In this document: in pieces, positions 10,026-18,643 of the stretch | Numbering within the stretch: the stretch's first letter is position 1 | Layout of the letters: every line of letters begins with the position of its first letter | Source of the DNA: an uncultured bacterium | GTDB taxonomy: Bacteria > CAZSTA01 | Assembly: GCA_964609495.1 (NCBI GenBank) | Contig: CAZSTA010000007.1 | Span: forward strand, 1 to 40,830 | DNA: 40,830 nt | Reading direction: 5' to 3' | Program-made: the position numbers and the translations under genes | The notes under the pieces: generated by a model | Told to the model about the DNA's origin: nothing | The model's database searches: none | What the model saw: the letters and a program-made list of their open reading frames with translations, nothing else

Positions 10026-10131
10026 TTTGCCTTCCCTTCAAAAGTTTTTATCTAAATCTCCCTTATTGGAGTATCCTCTGCTCTCCCAAAACCCATTGTT
10101 TTCCGTCGCTAAGTTTGCTCTTCGCAATTGC

Positions 10132-10215
10132 GGGTAACGTCTTGGGTGTTCGCAAAGTGCTAAAGGCATTTGGGTGAGAGCGAAGTCCGAGCTAGATACA
10201 CGCCTGCTATAACGC
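10132..10215 (-). mobile_element. Degenerate integron attC-like site closing the CPBP cassette
   Basis: Minus strand: AATATAGCGTTATAGC (near-complement of the cassette start GTTATACGCCATATT at 11048), GCGTGTATCT L-box, internal hairpins, GTT core at 10138. Same family as 26278-26368. Confidence 0.6.
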
Positions 10216-10262
10216 TATATTTAGAAAGTTTTCATTCGCTTCATCTCACTCTATTGAGAAAC

Positions 10263-10994
10263 TCACAGCAGCCAATAAAGGATATACCCTATTGTAAGAG
10301 GCACTCCAAATATCGTATTATGCACTATTATTGTGGTTAGCAAACTTCCTGTCTTTTGATAAGCGTATCCCATAAGCAAACCCGCAGCAGTTGTGAGTAT
10401 AACTAAAAATACTACAGTCCCCCAAGGCATATGAAGAATTTCTATGAAATGGAATCCGCCCCAAAAGATAGCCCCAAGAACTGTTCCTATGTGTAGATAA
10501 TTCCCGAAAATCCTTACATTTCCTTCAAGATTATTCATTAAATAGGTTTGAATTAACCCTCTAAACATTGTCTCTTCACATACACCTACGACAATCCATT
10601 GAAAAGTCATATTACTTAATACATTGACTAAGGTAACCGGCTGTGGGATATCCAAAGGTGTATTCTTAACAATTTGAGTAATATATCTCAAAGACATAAG
10701 AAGGCCAAAGAATACTCCTATTATCAGCATACGCTTATGAGTAAAACAAGGACGATCTTCTTTTAAATTAAAGCCGTATTCTGCCAATCTTCCTTTTGTG
10801 ATGTAACAGATTATCAGAAACGGTATTAGAAATTGTGGTATATGAACTAAGTCAGCAAGAATCCACGAATCTTTCAGGTTTTCATAACTGGGAAGGGATT
10901 TATATGCCATATAAATGACGACAATGATTAAAGCTACTAATGCTGTTACACCTAACATTTTAAGAATCGGTATAGGTTTTAGCTTAACTTGCAT
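10263..10994 (-). CDS. CPBP/Abi family intramembrane metalloprotease
   Basis: EETMFRG, FWGGFH, IIVHN motifs; multiple TM helices. Confidence 0.88.
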   Translation of the reverse strand: MQVKLKPIPILKMLGVTALVALIIVVIYMAYKSLPSYENLKDSWILADLVHIPQFLIPFLIICYITKGRLAEYGFNLKEDRPCFTHKRMLIIGVFFGLLMSLRYITQIVKNTPLDIPQPVTLVNVLSNMTFQWIVVGVCEETMFRGLIQTYLMNNLEGNVRIFGNYLHIGTVLGAIFWGGFHFIEILHMPWGTVVFLVILTTAAGLLMGYAYQKTGSLLTTIIVHNTIFGVPLTIGYILYWLL

Positions 10995-11041
10995 TATTTT
11001 CTCACTTATTTTTGTCCATTTTCATTGTCGAGTAATATGGC

Positions 11042-11122
11042 GTATAACTCATTCCTGCATGCTTTTTCGCATATTATACGAAATTAAACCGCTTATATTC
11101 TAACAAATCTAGAAAATTGGGC
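11042..11122 (-). mobile_element. Degenerate att junction between cassettes
   Basis: GTTATAC core at 11048-11042; ATTTTGCCCAAT near 11122 matches 10/12 of the complement of GTTGGGCGAAAT at 13536. The interior folds poorly. Confidence 0.4.
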
Positions 11123-11164
11123 AAAATTCAGATTAGAATCTATTAAGTCTCCATCTTTGATGTT

Positions 11165-12763
11165 CTACGGAGCTTGAACTTCGAGTATTTCCAGGGCAAA
11201 GATCTTCGCGTCGGGCCAGTTTTCGTTGGTACGTTGGGCTGCCCACAGATACTGGCCGTCCCAGGTCAAGTCCCACGTCCCCTCAGAGGCAGGGTAGATC
11301 CACCCGACGGCATGACCTTGGGTGTCGTATTTGGTGATCCTGCCAGCAGGCACCCAGAAGTGGCTTCCATCCCAGGCAATACCTCCGCCACCGCCCCGGT
11401 CGAGTTGAATTTTGCTGATCAGGTTTCCTTGTCGATCCATCCTGTAGATCGTGGGCGAGGCCCATCCCATAACGTTCAAATGCATACCGTCCCAGGCAAC
11501 CCCTTTACAGCCACCAACTGGATCAGGAGTCGGGAAGGTTGCTAATTCCTGACCGCTAGCCGGATCGATCTTGGAGATCCGTTTCTCGGCGAAATCCACC
11601 AGCCACAGATGCTCGCCGTCGAAGGTCATACCCCATGGTTGTGGACCGGGCGCGGTGAATTGCTTCTGCACAGCGCCTGTCACCGGGTCCAATTTATAGA
11701 TCGTGCCCCATAGCGTCGCCGTCCAGATGTTCTGCCCATCCCAAGCCAGCGACCACGTGAGACCCAAACCATCGCCGATCTTGCGAACGATGCGCCGCGT
11801 TTCATCGTCAGGATAGACGTAAAGGTATCTGTCCCGTATAGGATCGCTTGGGATGTAGCCCAACTTATACGACTGATCGGCCTCAAAACCAATGTCAACT
11901 TGGACGGGCGGATAGTAGGACGAGGCAGTTTCCGTGTATGGACCACATATCGCTCCCCCGCCATTGCCGTTGAGCGTCAGGTTGCTCACCTCGATCGTAT
12001 TAGTGCCTTCGCCGTAGCCGATCCCGCATCCCCGATTGTCGTAAATGGCCACACCCAGAGCGCGTAACGTGCCATTATCATCCACTGACAAGCCATTGGC
12101 TAGGTTTTCGTGCACCCGCGAGCGATGAATTTCCAAGGTGGTAGCATCCACGTGCACCCCATTCGTTCCGTTACGCCAGACCTCACAATAGTCCATAATG
12201 ATCGTGTTGAACTGCTCAGCCGCTAGACCATTATAACCGTTTTCATAGATCTGGCAGCGCTCGATGTTCGCCTGACTATACGATTCGAAATAAACCCCTT
12301 CCCAGTTGTTCCAGCGGAAGACGCAGTTGGAGATAATCACCTCTCCCTGCCAGACGTTCAGCCCTTGTTGACCGAACTCGAACACGCAATAGTGAAAGCT
12401 CGAAAGTGCCGTGGGCGATTCTAGCCGAACCATCGACCAATCGCCATTCTGCGGGTCGGGCGCATCGGAGGTGAAGTAGATCGGTTTCTCGGCGGTGCCT
12501 TCGGCAATGATCGCCCCTCGAACAATTAGCGAGAGCCGCTTCTCTGGCTCCCGATAACCCCGATAGTGTTTGAACTTCACTCGTGTTCCGGGCCGGATCG
12601 TTAGGGTGCCCCCTGGCTCAACTACAACGGTACTGTTAACCAGCACCTCACCGCTCCAAATGGTATCTCCAAAGATGATACCTAATTCACTACATCCAGT
12701 TAAGTAGATTGGAAGTATAGCTATTAATGATGATAAAAGTGCGATTCTAATAATACTCTTCAT
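11165..12763 (-). CDS. Putative lipoprotein with right-handed beta-helix and C-terminal beta-propeller
   Basis: Lipobox LTGC; TLTIRPGT, GTAEKPIYFTS, repeated NxxxG coils; repeated AWDGxxLW blades. Confidence 0.75.
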   Translation of the reverse strand: MKSIIRIALLSSLIAILPIYLTGCSELGIIFGDTIWSGEVLVNSTVVVEPGGTLTIRPGTRVKFKHYRGYREPEKRLSLIVRGAIIAEGTAEKPIYFTSDAPDPQNGDWSMVRLESPTALSSFHYCVFEFGQQGLNVWQGEVIISNCVFRWNNWEGVYFESYSQANIERCQIYENGYNGLAAEQFNTIIMDYCEVWRNGTNGVHVDATTLEIHRSRVHENLANGLSVDDNGTLRALGVAIYDNRGCGIGYGEGTNTIEVSNLTLNGNGGGAICGPYTETASSYYPPVQVDIGFEADQSYKLGYIPSDPIRDRYLYVYPDDETRRIVRKIGDGLGLTWSLAWDGQNIWTATLWGTIYKLDPVTGAVQKQFTAPGPQPWGMTFDGEHLWLVDFAEKRISKIDPASGQELATFPTPDPVGGCKGVAWDGMHLNVMGWASPTIYRMDRQGNLISKIQLDRGGGGGIAWDGSHFWVPAGRITKYDTQGHAVGWIYPASEGTWDLTWDGQYLWAAQRTNENWPDAKIFALEILEVQAP

Positions 12764-12779
12764 AATGACATCACCACTT

Positions 12780-13499
12780 TTAAGTTTCAAATTTGATCAA
12801 CTCCAATATCATAAAGAAGGGAAACTGATAATACTTCTTCGGTCTCGGTGAACCACTGGCTAGCTGATCTGGACTCGGTTTCACATCCAGCAAGGTCCTG
12901 AGATAAAGCCCCTCCCTTTTGAATTCACGAAAGTACTCCTCCAAAGTTCGGTGATGATACAAGGCAGGCACACCGGCGGAAGCCAGCCCAGAGTAGATCT
13001 CGGATCGACCAGAGTCGAAGTAATTTTCCACCTTATTCCGTATCACAGCTGAATAGGGATTGTTCATTGAAATAACTAACACGCCACGAAATTTAAGCAT
13101 ATCACTCAGATTCCTGATAAAGGAGCGGTGACCAGCAACATCGTTAAGTGCCAAATTACAAGTGATTACGTCGAAATATTCGGCATACTGGGATAGGGGC
13201 TGAGTGAGATCGTGAGTGAAATACTCGATTCCACTCCTCTCTTGATCCTCTTTTTGTTTGGCCATAACGATAAGATTCGCGGAGATATCCACACCAGTAA
13301 CATACGCCCCTCTGCTAGCAAGAAGTCGGGTGAAAAATCCCTCCCCGCAACAGACATCTAGGACTCTCTTGTCGTGGATCTCCCCGATAACTTCCAACAG
13401 GGCAGGAACTACCAGATCCAGATAAGGAGAAAAACCCCATTCGTCGCGGGAGTGGATGAGAGTAGCATACTGCATAGCATATCTATCATAGCTATTCAT
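12780..13499 (-). CDS. Class I SAM-dependent methyltransferase
   Basis: VLDVCCGEG, GVDIS, FDVITCNLAL. Start ATG 13499 after AAAGGT. Confidence 0.88.
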   Translation of the reverse strand: MNSYDRYAMQYATLIHSRDEWGFSPYLDLVVPALLEVIGEIHDKRVLDVCCGEGFFTRLLASRGAYVTGVDISANLIVMAKQKEDQERSGIEYFTHDLTQPLSQYAEYFDVITCNLALNDVAGHRSFIRNLSDMLKFRGVLVISMNNPYSAVIRNKVENYFDSGRSEIYSGLASAGVPALYHHRTLEEYFREFKREGLYLRTLLDVKPSPDQLASGSPRPKKYYQFPFFMILELIKFET

Positions 13500-13529
13500 C
13501 GTTCTACCTTTTACCTTGATGCGCATTTC

Positions 13530-13560
13530 GCCCAACTTAAAATAACTGAACTACTTTACT
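13530..13560 (-). mobile_element. GTTGGGC recombination core with non-palindromic (attI-like) upstream motif
   Basis: Minus strand AGTAAAGTAGTTCAGTTATTTTAA-GTTGGGC, similar to 15506-15540. Confidence 0.45.
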
Positions 13561-13597
13561 TATAATTAGACAAATTTTAATCGAGTAAATTCCCTAT

Positions 13598-14401
13598 CTA
13601 TTTTGGCATAGAAAGCAATGCATTCAAAATCATAAATATTGAAGCTATCAGCGTGGTATAGGCGAAAATGCGTTTTAGATTCTCTGGCTTAGTCTTGAGG
13701 GAGAACTTCCCTCCCAACAAACCACCCAGAACAGCTATAATTGCCAGAGGGATCGCCCAGGTAGGATTAAAGTCTCCACTAATAGTATGTCCAAAGAAGC
13801 CCATTAAAGCGGTTGCAGCTACCATCGCTGAGGAGGTCCCCACAGCAATCCGCATCGGAACACCGCAGGCGAGAACCATCAAGGGGATCTTGAACGAACC
13901 CCCTGATATCCCAATCATACCTGCCACAAATCCGGTTGCCGCAGTAATCGGAATCGCTAACCAGAGATTAACAGCATATTTATAGCCGCTATATTGACGT
14001 AGCCAAAAACCAAATCGCTTCTCGTTCTCGCCAATTCGTTCTTTAACAGGGCGTAGCATAAAAAAGCTTGATAAAACGAGTAAACCTGCGAAAACAAACT
14101 TCAATGCCATACCACTGAAGATATGGGCATAATAACCTCCAACAAAAGCCATGATATCCGTAGGAGGATCTATTATCAGAGCCAATTTCCAATCTACTGT
14201 TTTGTGCTTTTGAAAGACTAACAGGGCTGATATCGCAGTGGCTACCAAGATGAACTGACCGGTGGTAGCGGCTTGGTGCATTGTAACTCCAAATGCGATC
14301 AAAACAGGTACATAGAAGTTACCACCTCCCCGCCCAGTCATAGCCATAACAACTGATATAGCTAATATAGCAACAGCAACGATGATAATTCTAGTCATCA
14401 C
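13598..14401 (-). CDS. TauE/SafE (TSUP) family sulfite/sulfur-compound exporter
   Basis: Two GxGGG repeats (GRGGGNFYVP, GISGGSFKIP), AVGTSS, about 8 TM. Confidence 0.88.
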   Translation of the reverse strand: MMTRIIIVAVAILAISVVMAMTGRGGGNFYVPVLIAFGVTMHQAATTGQFILVATAISALLVFQKHKTVDWKLALIIDPPTDIMAFVGGYYAHIFSGMALKFVFAGLLVLSSFFMLRPVKERIGENEKRFGFWLRQYSGYKYAVNLWLAIPITAATGFVAGMIGISGGSFKIPLMVLACGVPMRIAVGTSSAMVAATALMGFFGHTISGDFNPTWAIPLAIIAVLGGLLGGKFSLKTKPENLKRIFAYTTLIASIFMILNALLSMPK

Positions 14402-14463
14402 ATGATATATTCCTTACCCTATAAATCTCTTGGGGCAAAAGTTCTTAATCCATTAGAGAAATT

Positions 14464-14703
14464 TTAGTGGGTCAATTTCTCTATAATTCGATCAATGTTA
14501 TCGATTCTCTCCTCAATATTTCTAAAATCATCTAAGCAGTCAGATTGTATGCCTTGTAGATCAGCTTCATTCTCGCATTCAACAATATAGCAGTATCCAA
14601 CTTCACCCTTGGGAAGAAACACTAAATTACCGATACTCAAACGATACTCGTTCTCAAGTAGCTGTATTAATTCCGATTTATTGATCGATAGCTCTCTCTT
14701 CAT
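14464..14703 (-). pseudogene. Probable internally deleted aminoglycoside-phosphotransferase-like cassette gene
   Basis: N-terminus LLENEYRLSIGNLVFLPKGEVGYCYIVE resembles APH-family N-lobes; only 79 aa, no catalytic HGD motif. Confidence 0.45.
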
Positions 14704-14760
14704 AGAAAATTGACCCGATTAGATTTACCTGATAGGACAAAAAGAACTTCTTATTATTTC

Positions 14761-14855
14761 ATATAACGATTTCAATATACGATGTCGCGACCGTAGGGAA
14801 CAATGTCCCGAAGGGCAAGGGCGTAAGCCTCCGGCGTATATGCTGGTTGTTATAT
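14761..14855 (-). mobile_element. Integron attC site (95 bp)
   Basis: TTCATATAAC ... GTTATATGAA outer boxes, CATATACG/CGTATATTG inner boxes, internal TGCCCTTCGGGACA hairpin; lies about 50 bp downstream of the 14907 stop. Confidence 0.75.
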
Positions 14856-14906
14856 GAAGTGGCAATATTTCTTAAGAAATTTCATATTTTATTGATTTTT
14901 TAACTT

Positions 14907-15464
14907 CTACTTCCAGGAGTCTTGAAATTCAGTATATGGATCGCCTTCTGTTAATGACTTGGTAATCTTTATTTCTACGTCCTTGCAACCACTAATTTCG
15001 AGGGCATGTTCCATCCAACCCGCTATACGAAATTCAATTAGTTTATTTATTTCGGGAAATTGTGTTATATGGAGAATGGCATAATCTCTTGTGTTTTCTA
15101 TTACTTCAATCGCACTCGGTTTGTAATAAGTAGGTAGAATAATACTCGCTCGCTTAATTAAAAACCCTGGTGAGCCAAATTTTACAAATATCTTATAAAT
15201 TCCTCTTAATCCATACTCGGCACTAAATCGGCCACATTCCCAGACACCACTCAGATTTCCATTATAAAATAACTTACAAATATTTGCGGAGGGCTCAACC
15301 AATATTTCCTTTAGGGGATACCAAGAACTTACAAGTATTGAAGAACTATATACTTTACTGGCTTCAGGAGAAATTGAATCTAACCAACGCTTAAATCCCT
15401 CTTCACCAAACTTTTCACGAATAAATATAGGTATAGAAGCTACCGCTGTGCCTTTGACTTGCAT
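14907..15464 (-). CDS. Hypothetical protein (DUF2378-like, possible HNOX/V4R-related fold), cassette-borne
   Basis: MQVKGT..FIREKFGEEG, SSWYP, GRFSAE..L.GIYK.F, GWMEHALE..G pattern; AT-rich. Confidence 0.65.
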   Translation of the reverse strand: MQVKGTAVASIPIFIREKFGEEGFKRWLDSISPEASKVYSSSILVSSWYPLKEILVEPSANICKLFYNGNLSGVWECGRFSAEYGLRGIYKIFVKFGSPGFLIKRASIILPTYYKPSAIEVIENTRDYAILHITQFPEINKLIEFRIAGWMEHALEISGCKDVEIKITKSLTEGDPYTEFQDSWK

Positions 15465-15505
15465 TATATTATCCTCTATATTTCGTTCCTTTTAACCGCC
15501 ATTTC

Positions 15506-15540
15506 ATATAACTTTAAAATAACCAAGTTACTTCGTTTAT
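15506..15540 (-). mobile_element. GTTATAT core at the head of the cassette cluster, with attI-like upstream motif
   Basis: GTTATATGAAATGGC is complementary (14/15) to GCCACTTCATATAAC at the 14855 attC; upstream CGAAGTAACTTGGTTATTTTAAA. Confidence 0.55.
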
Positions 15541-15565
15541 GCACGACTCTGGATGAAACCTAAAT

Positions 15566-16666
15566 TCATCTCCTATTCAAACCTGCATATTTGTAATACA
15601 CCGAACAAGATCCCTCATTAGATACCATACAGGGACCTACTGGATACTGAGGAGTACAAATAGTGCCAAATAAAGGACAATCATAAGGAGTCAGCACTCC
15701 TCTTAATATCTCACCACAAGAGCATCCCTCAGGCTCCTCTATCGACTCTTCGACCTCGATATCGAACTTCACCTCGGCATCGAACTGAGCATACTCGCTC
15801 CTCAATTTCAACCCACTCTGCGGAATGACTCCCAATCCCCGCCAATAAGCATCGCTTACCTCGAATACCTCGTTCATCACCCTCAAAGCTAGAGGATTGC
15901 CCTCGGGCTTCACTGCCCGCTTATACTGAATCTCAACCTTGGCTTCCTCTCTACTAGCTTGTTTAGTTAACATAAGTATCGACTCTAATATATCGACTGG
16001 CTCGAAGCCAGCTATAGTACAGGGGATCTTGTAATCCTCAGCGATGAATTCATAAGGTTTCTTACCGATGATAACGCTTACATGCCCCGGGCAGAGGAAA
16101 CCATTGATCTTTACCTCCTGATCTTCTAATAGAGCCTTCATCGCGGGAGGGATAAGCTTATGAAAGCATAATATAGAGAAGTTATCTATATTTCGTTTTT
16201 TGGCTTCCGATATCGAACAGGCTATGGTGGGAGAAGTCGTCTCGAATCCCACTGCTATAAAGACCACCTCTTTATCCTTCTCCTGCTCAGCGATCTTCAG
16301 AGCATCAAGGGTGGAATAGACAACCTTGATCGAAGCACCCTTACCCTTCTCCTCCTGCAAACTTGAGAAGGAGGCTGGAACTCTCATCATATCTCCAAAA
16401 GTGGTTATGATGACATCATCTCTATTAGCTAAGGCTATGGCTTTATCGAGGTCGCTATTAGCAGTTACGCATACTGGACAGCCTGGCCCAGATAAGAGAT
16501 TTATCGCTTTAGGCAACATATCCTTTATCCCGTGCTTGAAGATAGCTTGAGTATGAGTGCCACACACCTCCATTATGCTAAGCGATAGTCCATTTATGGA
16601 GGAGGCGATGTTTTCCTTTAATTTTTCAGCTATGTTTCTATCCCTGAACTCGGTTATATACTTCAA
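15566..16666 (-). CDS. hypD: Hydrogenase maturation protein HypD
   Basis: MEVCGTHT, GPGCPVC, GFETT, PGHVS, PVGPCMVSNEGSC. Start TTG 16666 after GGGAG. Confidence 0.97.
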   Translation of the reverse strand: MKYITEFRDRNIAEKLKENIASSINGLSLSIMEVCGTHTQAIFKHGIKDMLPKAINLLSGPGCPVCVTANSDLDKAIALANRDDVIITTFGDMMRVPASFSSLQEEKGKGASIKVVYSTLDALKIAEQEKDKEVVFIAVGFETTSPTIACSISEAKKRNIDNFSILCFHKLIPPAMKALLEDQEVKINGFLCPGHVSVIIGKKPYEFIAEDYKIPCTIAGFEPVDILESILMLTKQASREEAKVEIQYKRAVKPEGNPLALRVMNEVFEVSDAYWRGLGVIPQSGLKLRSEYAQFDAEVKFDIEVEESIEEPEGCSCGEILRGVLTPYDCPLFGTICTPQYPVGPCMVSNEGSCSVYYKYAGLNRR

Positions 16667-16726
16667 GGTTATCTCCCAAGTAGCTCCAAATATCAAGATA
16701 TAATTAGTAGTCTATACTTCGTATTA

Positions 16727-16829
16727 CCCCCTCACCCTATCCCTCTCCCACGAGGGGAGAGGGAACATCCAGATAGAGATGATCTCTTTATTTCCCCTCC
16801 CTCGATGGGAGGGGTTAGGGGAGGGTGAT
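16727..16829. repeat. Inverted pair of REP-like palindromes (BIME-like)
   Basis: 16727-16765 ccccctcaccctatccctctcccacgaggggagagggaa and, in opposite orientation, 16792-16829. Confidence 0.8.
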
Positions 16830-16842
16830 CTAAAGCGTCCGC

Positions 16843-17925
16843 TCAAACCTTCATCTCAAATAATTCGACAGCTTGCCTCATCTTCGAGATCACATCGACC
16901 CCGAAGGGACAACGTTCCATACAGGAACCACATTCGATACAGTCAGAAGCCTTTGCTGAAAGAGCGTTATACTCAGCCTGAAGATCATCGGAAATACCAT
17001 CTTGCGCAATATCAACTAGCCGAATGAGCTGTCCAATCCAAATATCAGAAGGGCAAGGAAGACAATGATCACAGTATGTGCATTCCCCTTTCAAATGCTC
17101 GAAATGGGCAATGATAGAACTGAAATCCTTCTCCTCATCCGTTGCCTCCAAAAAGTGAAGTGTTTCCTTTAATTCTTTGGTATTCTTTACCCCTGGAACC
17201 GTTGTAGAAACACCCTCTTGGGAAAGAACATAATTAAGGCATTGAACCGGGGTTACAGATCTTAAACTCTTTTGTTCAAAAAGCCTACCTCCCGCGAAGG
17301 GTTTCATCACTACCAAACCTACTTCTTTGCTGATACAAGCATTAAGAAGCTCTTCCCACCCTGAAACAACGCTCCCTATCAGATTAACCCCTATCGCATT
17401 AATCGGGAACATAAGAACATCGATTTTACCATCCTCTACAGCTCTCAAAGCTAATGAAGGATTATGTCCACTCATCCCTATGAAGCGTGCTTTTCCTTCC
17501 TGCTGGAAACGGAGGGCAAGTTCCATCAATCCTCCCGCGCTCATTATCTCTTCATAATCCTCCTCTTCATCTACCATCTGAAAAAGGAGAATATCTACGT
17601 AATCTGTATCCAATCGAGAGAGTAGATCGAAGAAAAGTTCCTCACACTCTTTTACATCTCGCGTTAAGCGGTATTGACCGTTTGTCTCTGCAGACCTCAA
17701 ATGTCCTGCAATTAGTACCCTATCCCTATATCCCTTCAAAGCAGCGCCGAAATTATCACGATATTCTGGGAAAGCAAAAAGCAGATCAAAGTAATTTACT
17801 CCTCTTTCAATAGCTTCGTGAACAACTGAAACCACCGTCTCCCGTGGTCTCCTGTCTAAGTACTCTGTTCCCAACCCGATTACACTTACCTCAAGACCAG
17901 TCCTTCCCAATTTACGATACTCCAT
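16843..17925 (-). CDS. Aldo/keto reductase-fold protein with C-terminal 2[4Fe-4S] ferredoxin domain
   Basis: MEYRKLGRTGLEVSVIGLG, MKPFAGG, CTYCDHCLPCP and CIECGSCMERCP. Confidence 0.88.
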   Translation of the reverse strand: MEYRKLGRTGLEVSVIGLGTEYLDRRPRETVVSVVHEAIERGVNYFDLLFAFPEYRDNFGAALKGYRDRVLIAGHLRSAETNGQYRLTRDVKECEELFFDLLSRLDTDYVDILLFQMVDEEEDYEEIMSAGGLMELALRFQQEGKARFIGMSGHNPSLALRAVEDGKIDVLMFPINAIGVNLIGSVVSGWEELLNACISKEVGLVVMKPFAGGRLFEQKSLRSVTPVQCLNYVLSQEGVSTTVPGVKNTKELKETLHFLEATDEEKDFSSIIAHFEHLKGECTYCDHCLPCPSDIWIGQLIRLVDIAQDGISDDLQAEYNALSAKASDCIECGSCMERCPFGVDVISKMRQAVELFEMKV

Positions 17926-17984
17926 TTTATTCCTCCCTTTCACTCAATATATTTTTCCGAATATCTTTATTATTATAACATATG

Positions 17985-18008
17985 TTCCTGACAATCTTAT
18001 GTCAGGAA
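17985..18008. promoter_or_regulatory. Perfect 9-bp inverted repeat upstream of an extended -10 of the AKR gene
   Basis: TTCCTGACA-atctta-TGTCAGGAA; minus-strand TGtTATAAT follows a few bases later. Confidence 0.45.
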
Positions 18009-18089
18009 TTAGAGAAATTTTCTGGGAAGTTCTGGTCTCTCTATTTTAGACAAGCTAATTAATGGACTTGAGTTACAAACTACTATCAC
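18009..18089 (-). pseudogene. Truncated DUF3368/PIN-type toxin remnant
   Basis: GTG-started MIVVCNSSPLISLSKIERPELPRKFL* overlaps the end of the UPF0175 gene and matches the typical DUF3368 N-terminus. Confidence 0.7.
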
Positions 18090-18387
18090 TTCTTTTATCC
18101 CTTTCAATTTTTAATTGCCCTGCTAGCTTTCTAGCCTCCTCTATCTCCTTCTCTACCTCCTCCTCTGTATAATCAAACCACGGAATCCGCTTCTCTCTAG
18201 TTAGATCCATAAAATCAGATAAACACATCCCAGCTAATTCAGCTGCTTTCCCAGAGGATATCAGATGTTCTTGAAATAACTGCAAAGCTATAGCCTTTCT
18301 AATATCCTCCCCTATATCTCTTTTAGACCTTCTCAACAGCAAGAATATCTCTTCGGGAAGCTCAACTTCTATCTTTATCACAGACAT
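18073..18387 (-). CDS. UPF0175 family putative antitoxin
   Basis: ALQLFQEHLISSGKAAELAGM..DF..L....IP..DY motif. Confidence 0.85.
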   Translation of the reverse strand: MSVIKIEVELPEEIFLLLRRSKRDIGEDIRKAIALQLFQEHLISSGKAAELAGMCLSDFMDLTREKRIPWFDYTEEEVEKEIEEARKLAGQLKIERDKRSDSSL

Positions 18388-18410
18388 TTACTTCACACTC
18401 CCAAATTAAG

Positions 18411-18629
18411 CTAAGTCTCTCTTAACATCTCCTCTAATGTCCTCAGAGTAGCTAGAGCAGATTCTTCATCTAGCTTTTGGATAGCGAAACCAGCATGTAG
18501 GATAACATAATCACCTACTTCTACCCCATCTAATAGATGTAAACCAGCTTCTCTTATAACTCCTCCTACATCTACTTGAGCCATATCGCCCTCTATTTGA
18601 ATTACCTTACCAGGTATGCCTAAACACAT
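18411..18629 (-). CDS. hypC: Hydrogenase chaperone HypC
   Basis: MCLGIPG, VGDYVILHAGFAI. Confidence 0.97.
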   Translation of the reverse strand: MCLGIPGKVIQIEGDMAQVDVGGVIREAGLHLLDGVEVGDYVILHAGFAIQKLDEESALATLRTLEEMLRET

Positions 18630-18643
18630 AATTCACCTCGGAT

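Noticed and set aside
10048-10068. Possible duplication of the hypD 3' end upstream of hypE
   Set aside because: Only a short, gapped purine-rich similarity that an RBS-like composition explains.
16779-17027. 82-aa plus-strand ORF
   Set aside because: Translation of a REP palindrome plus AKR antisense sequence.
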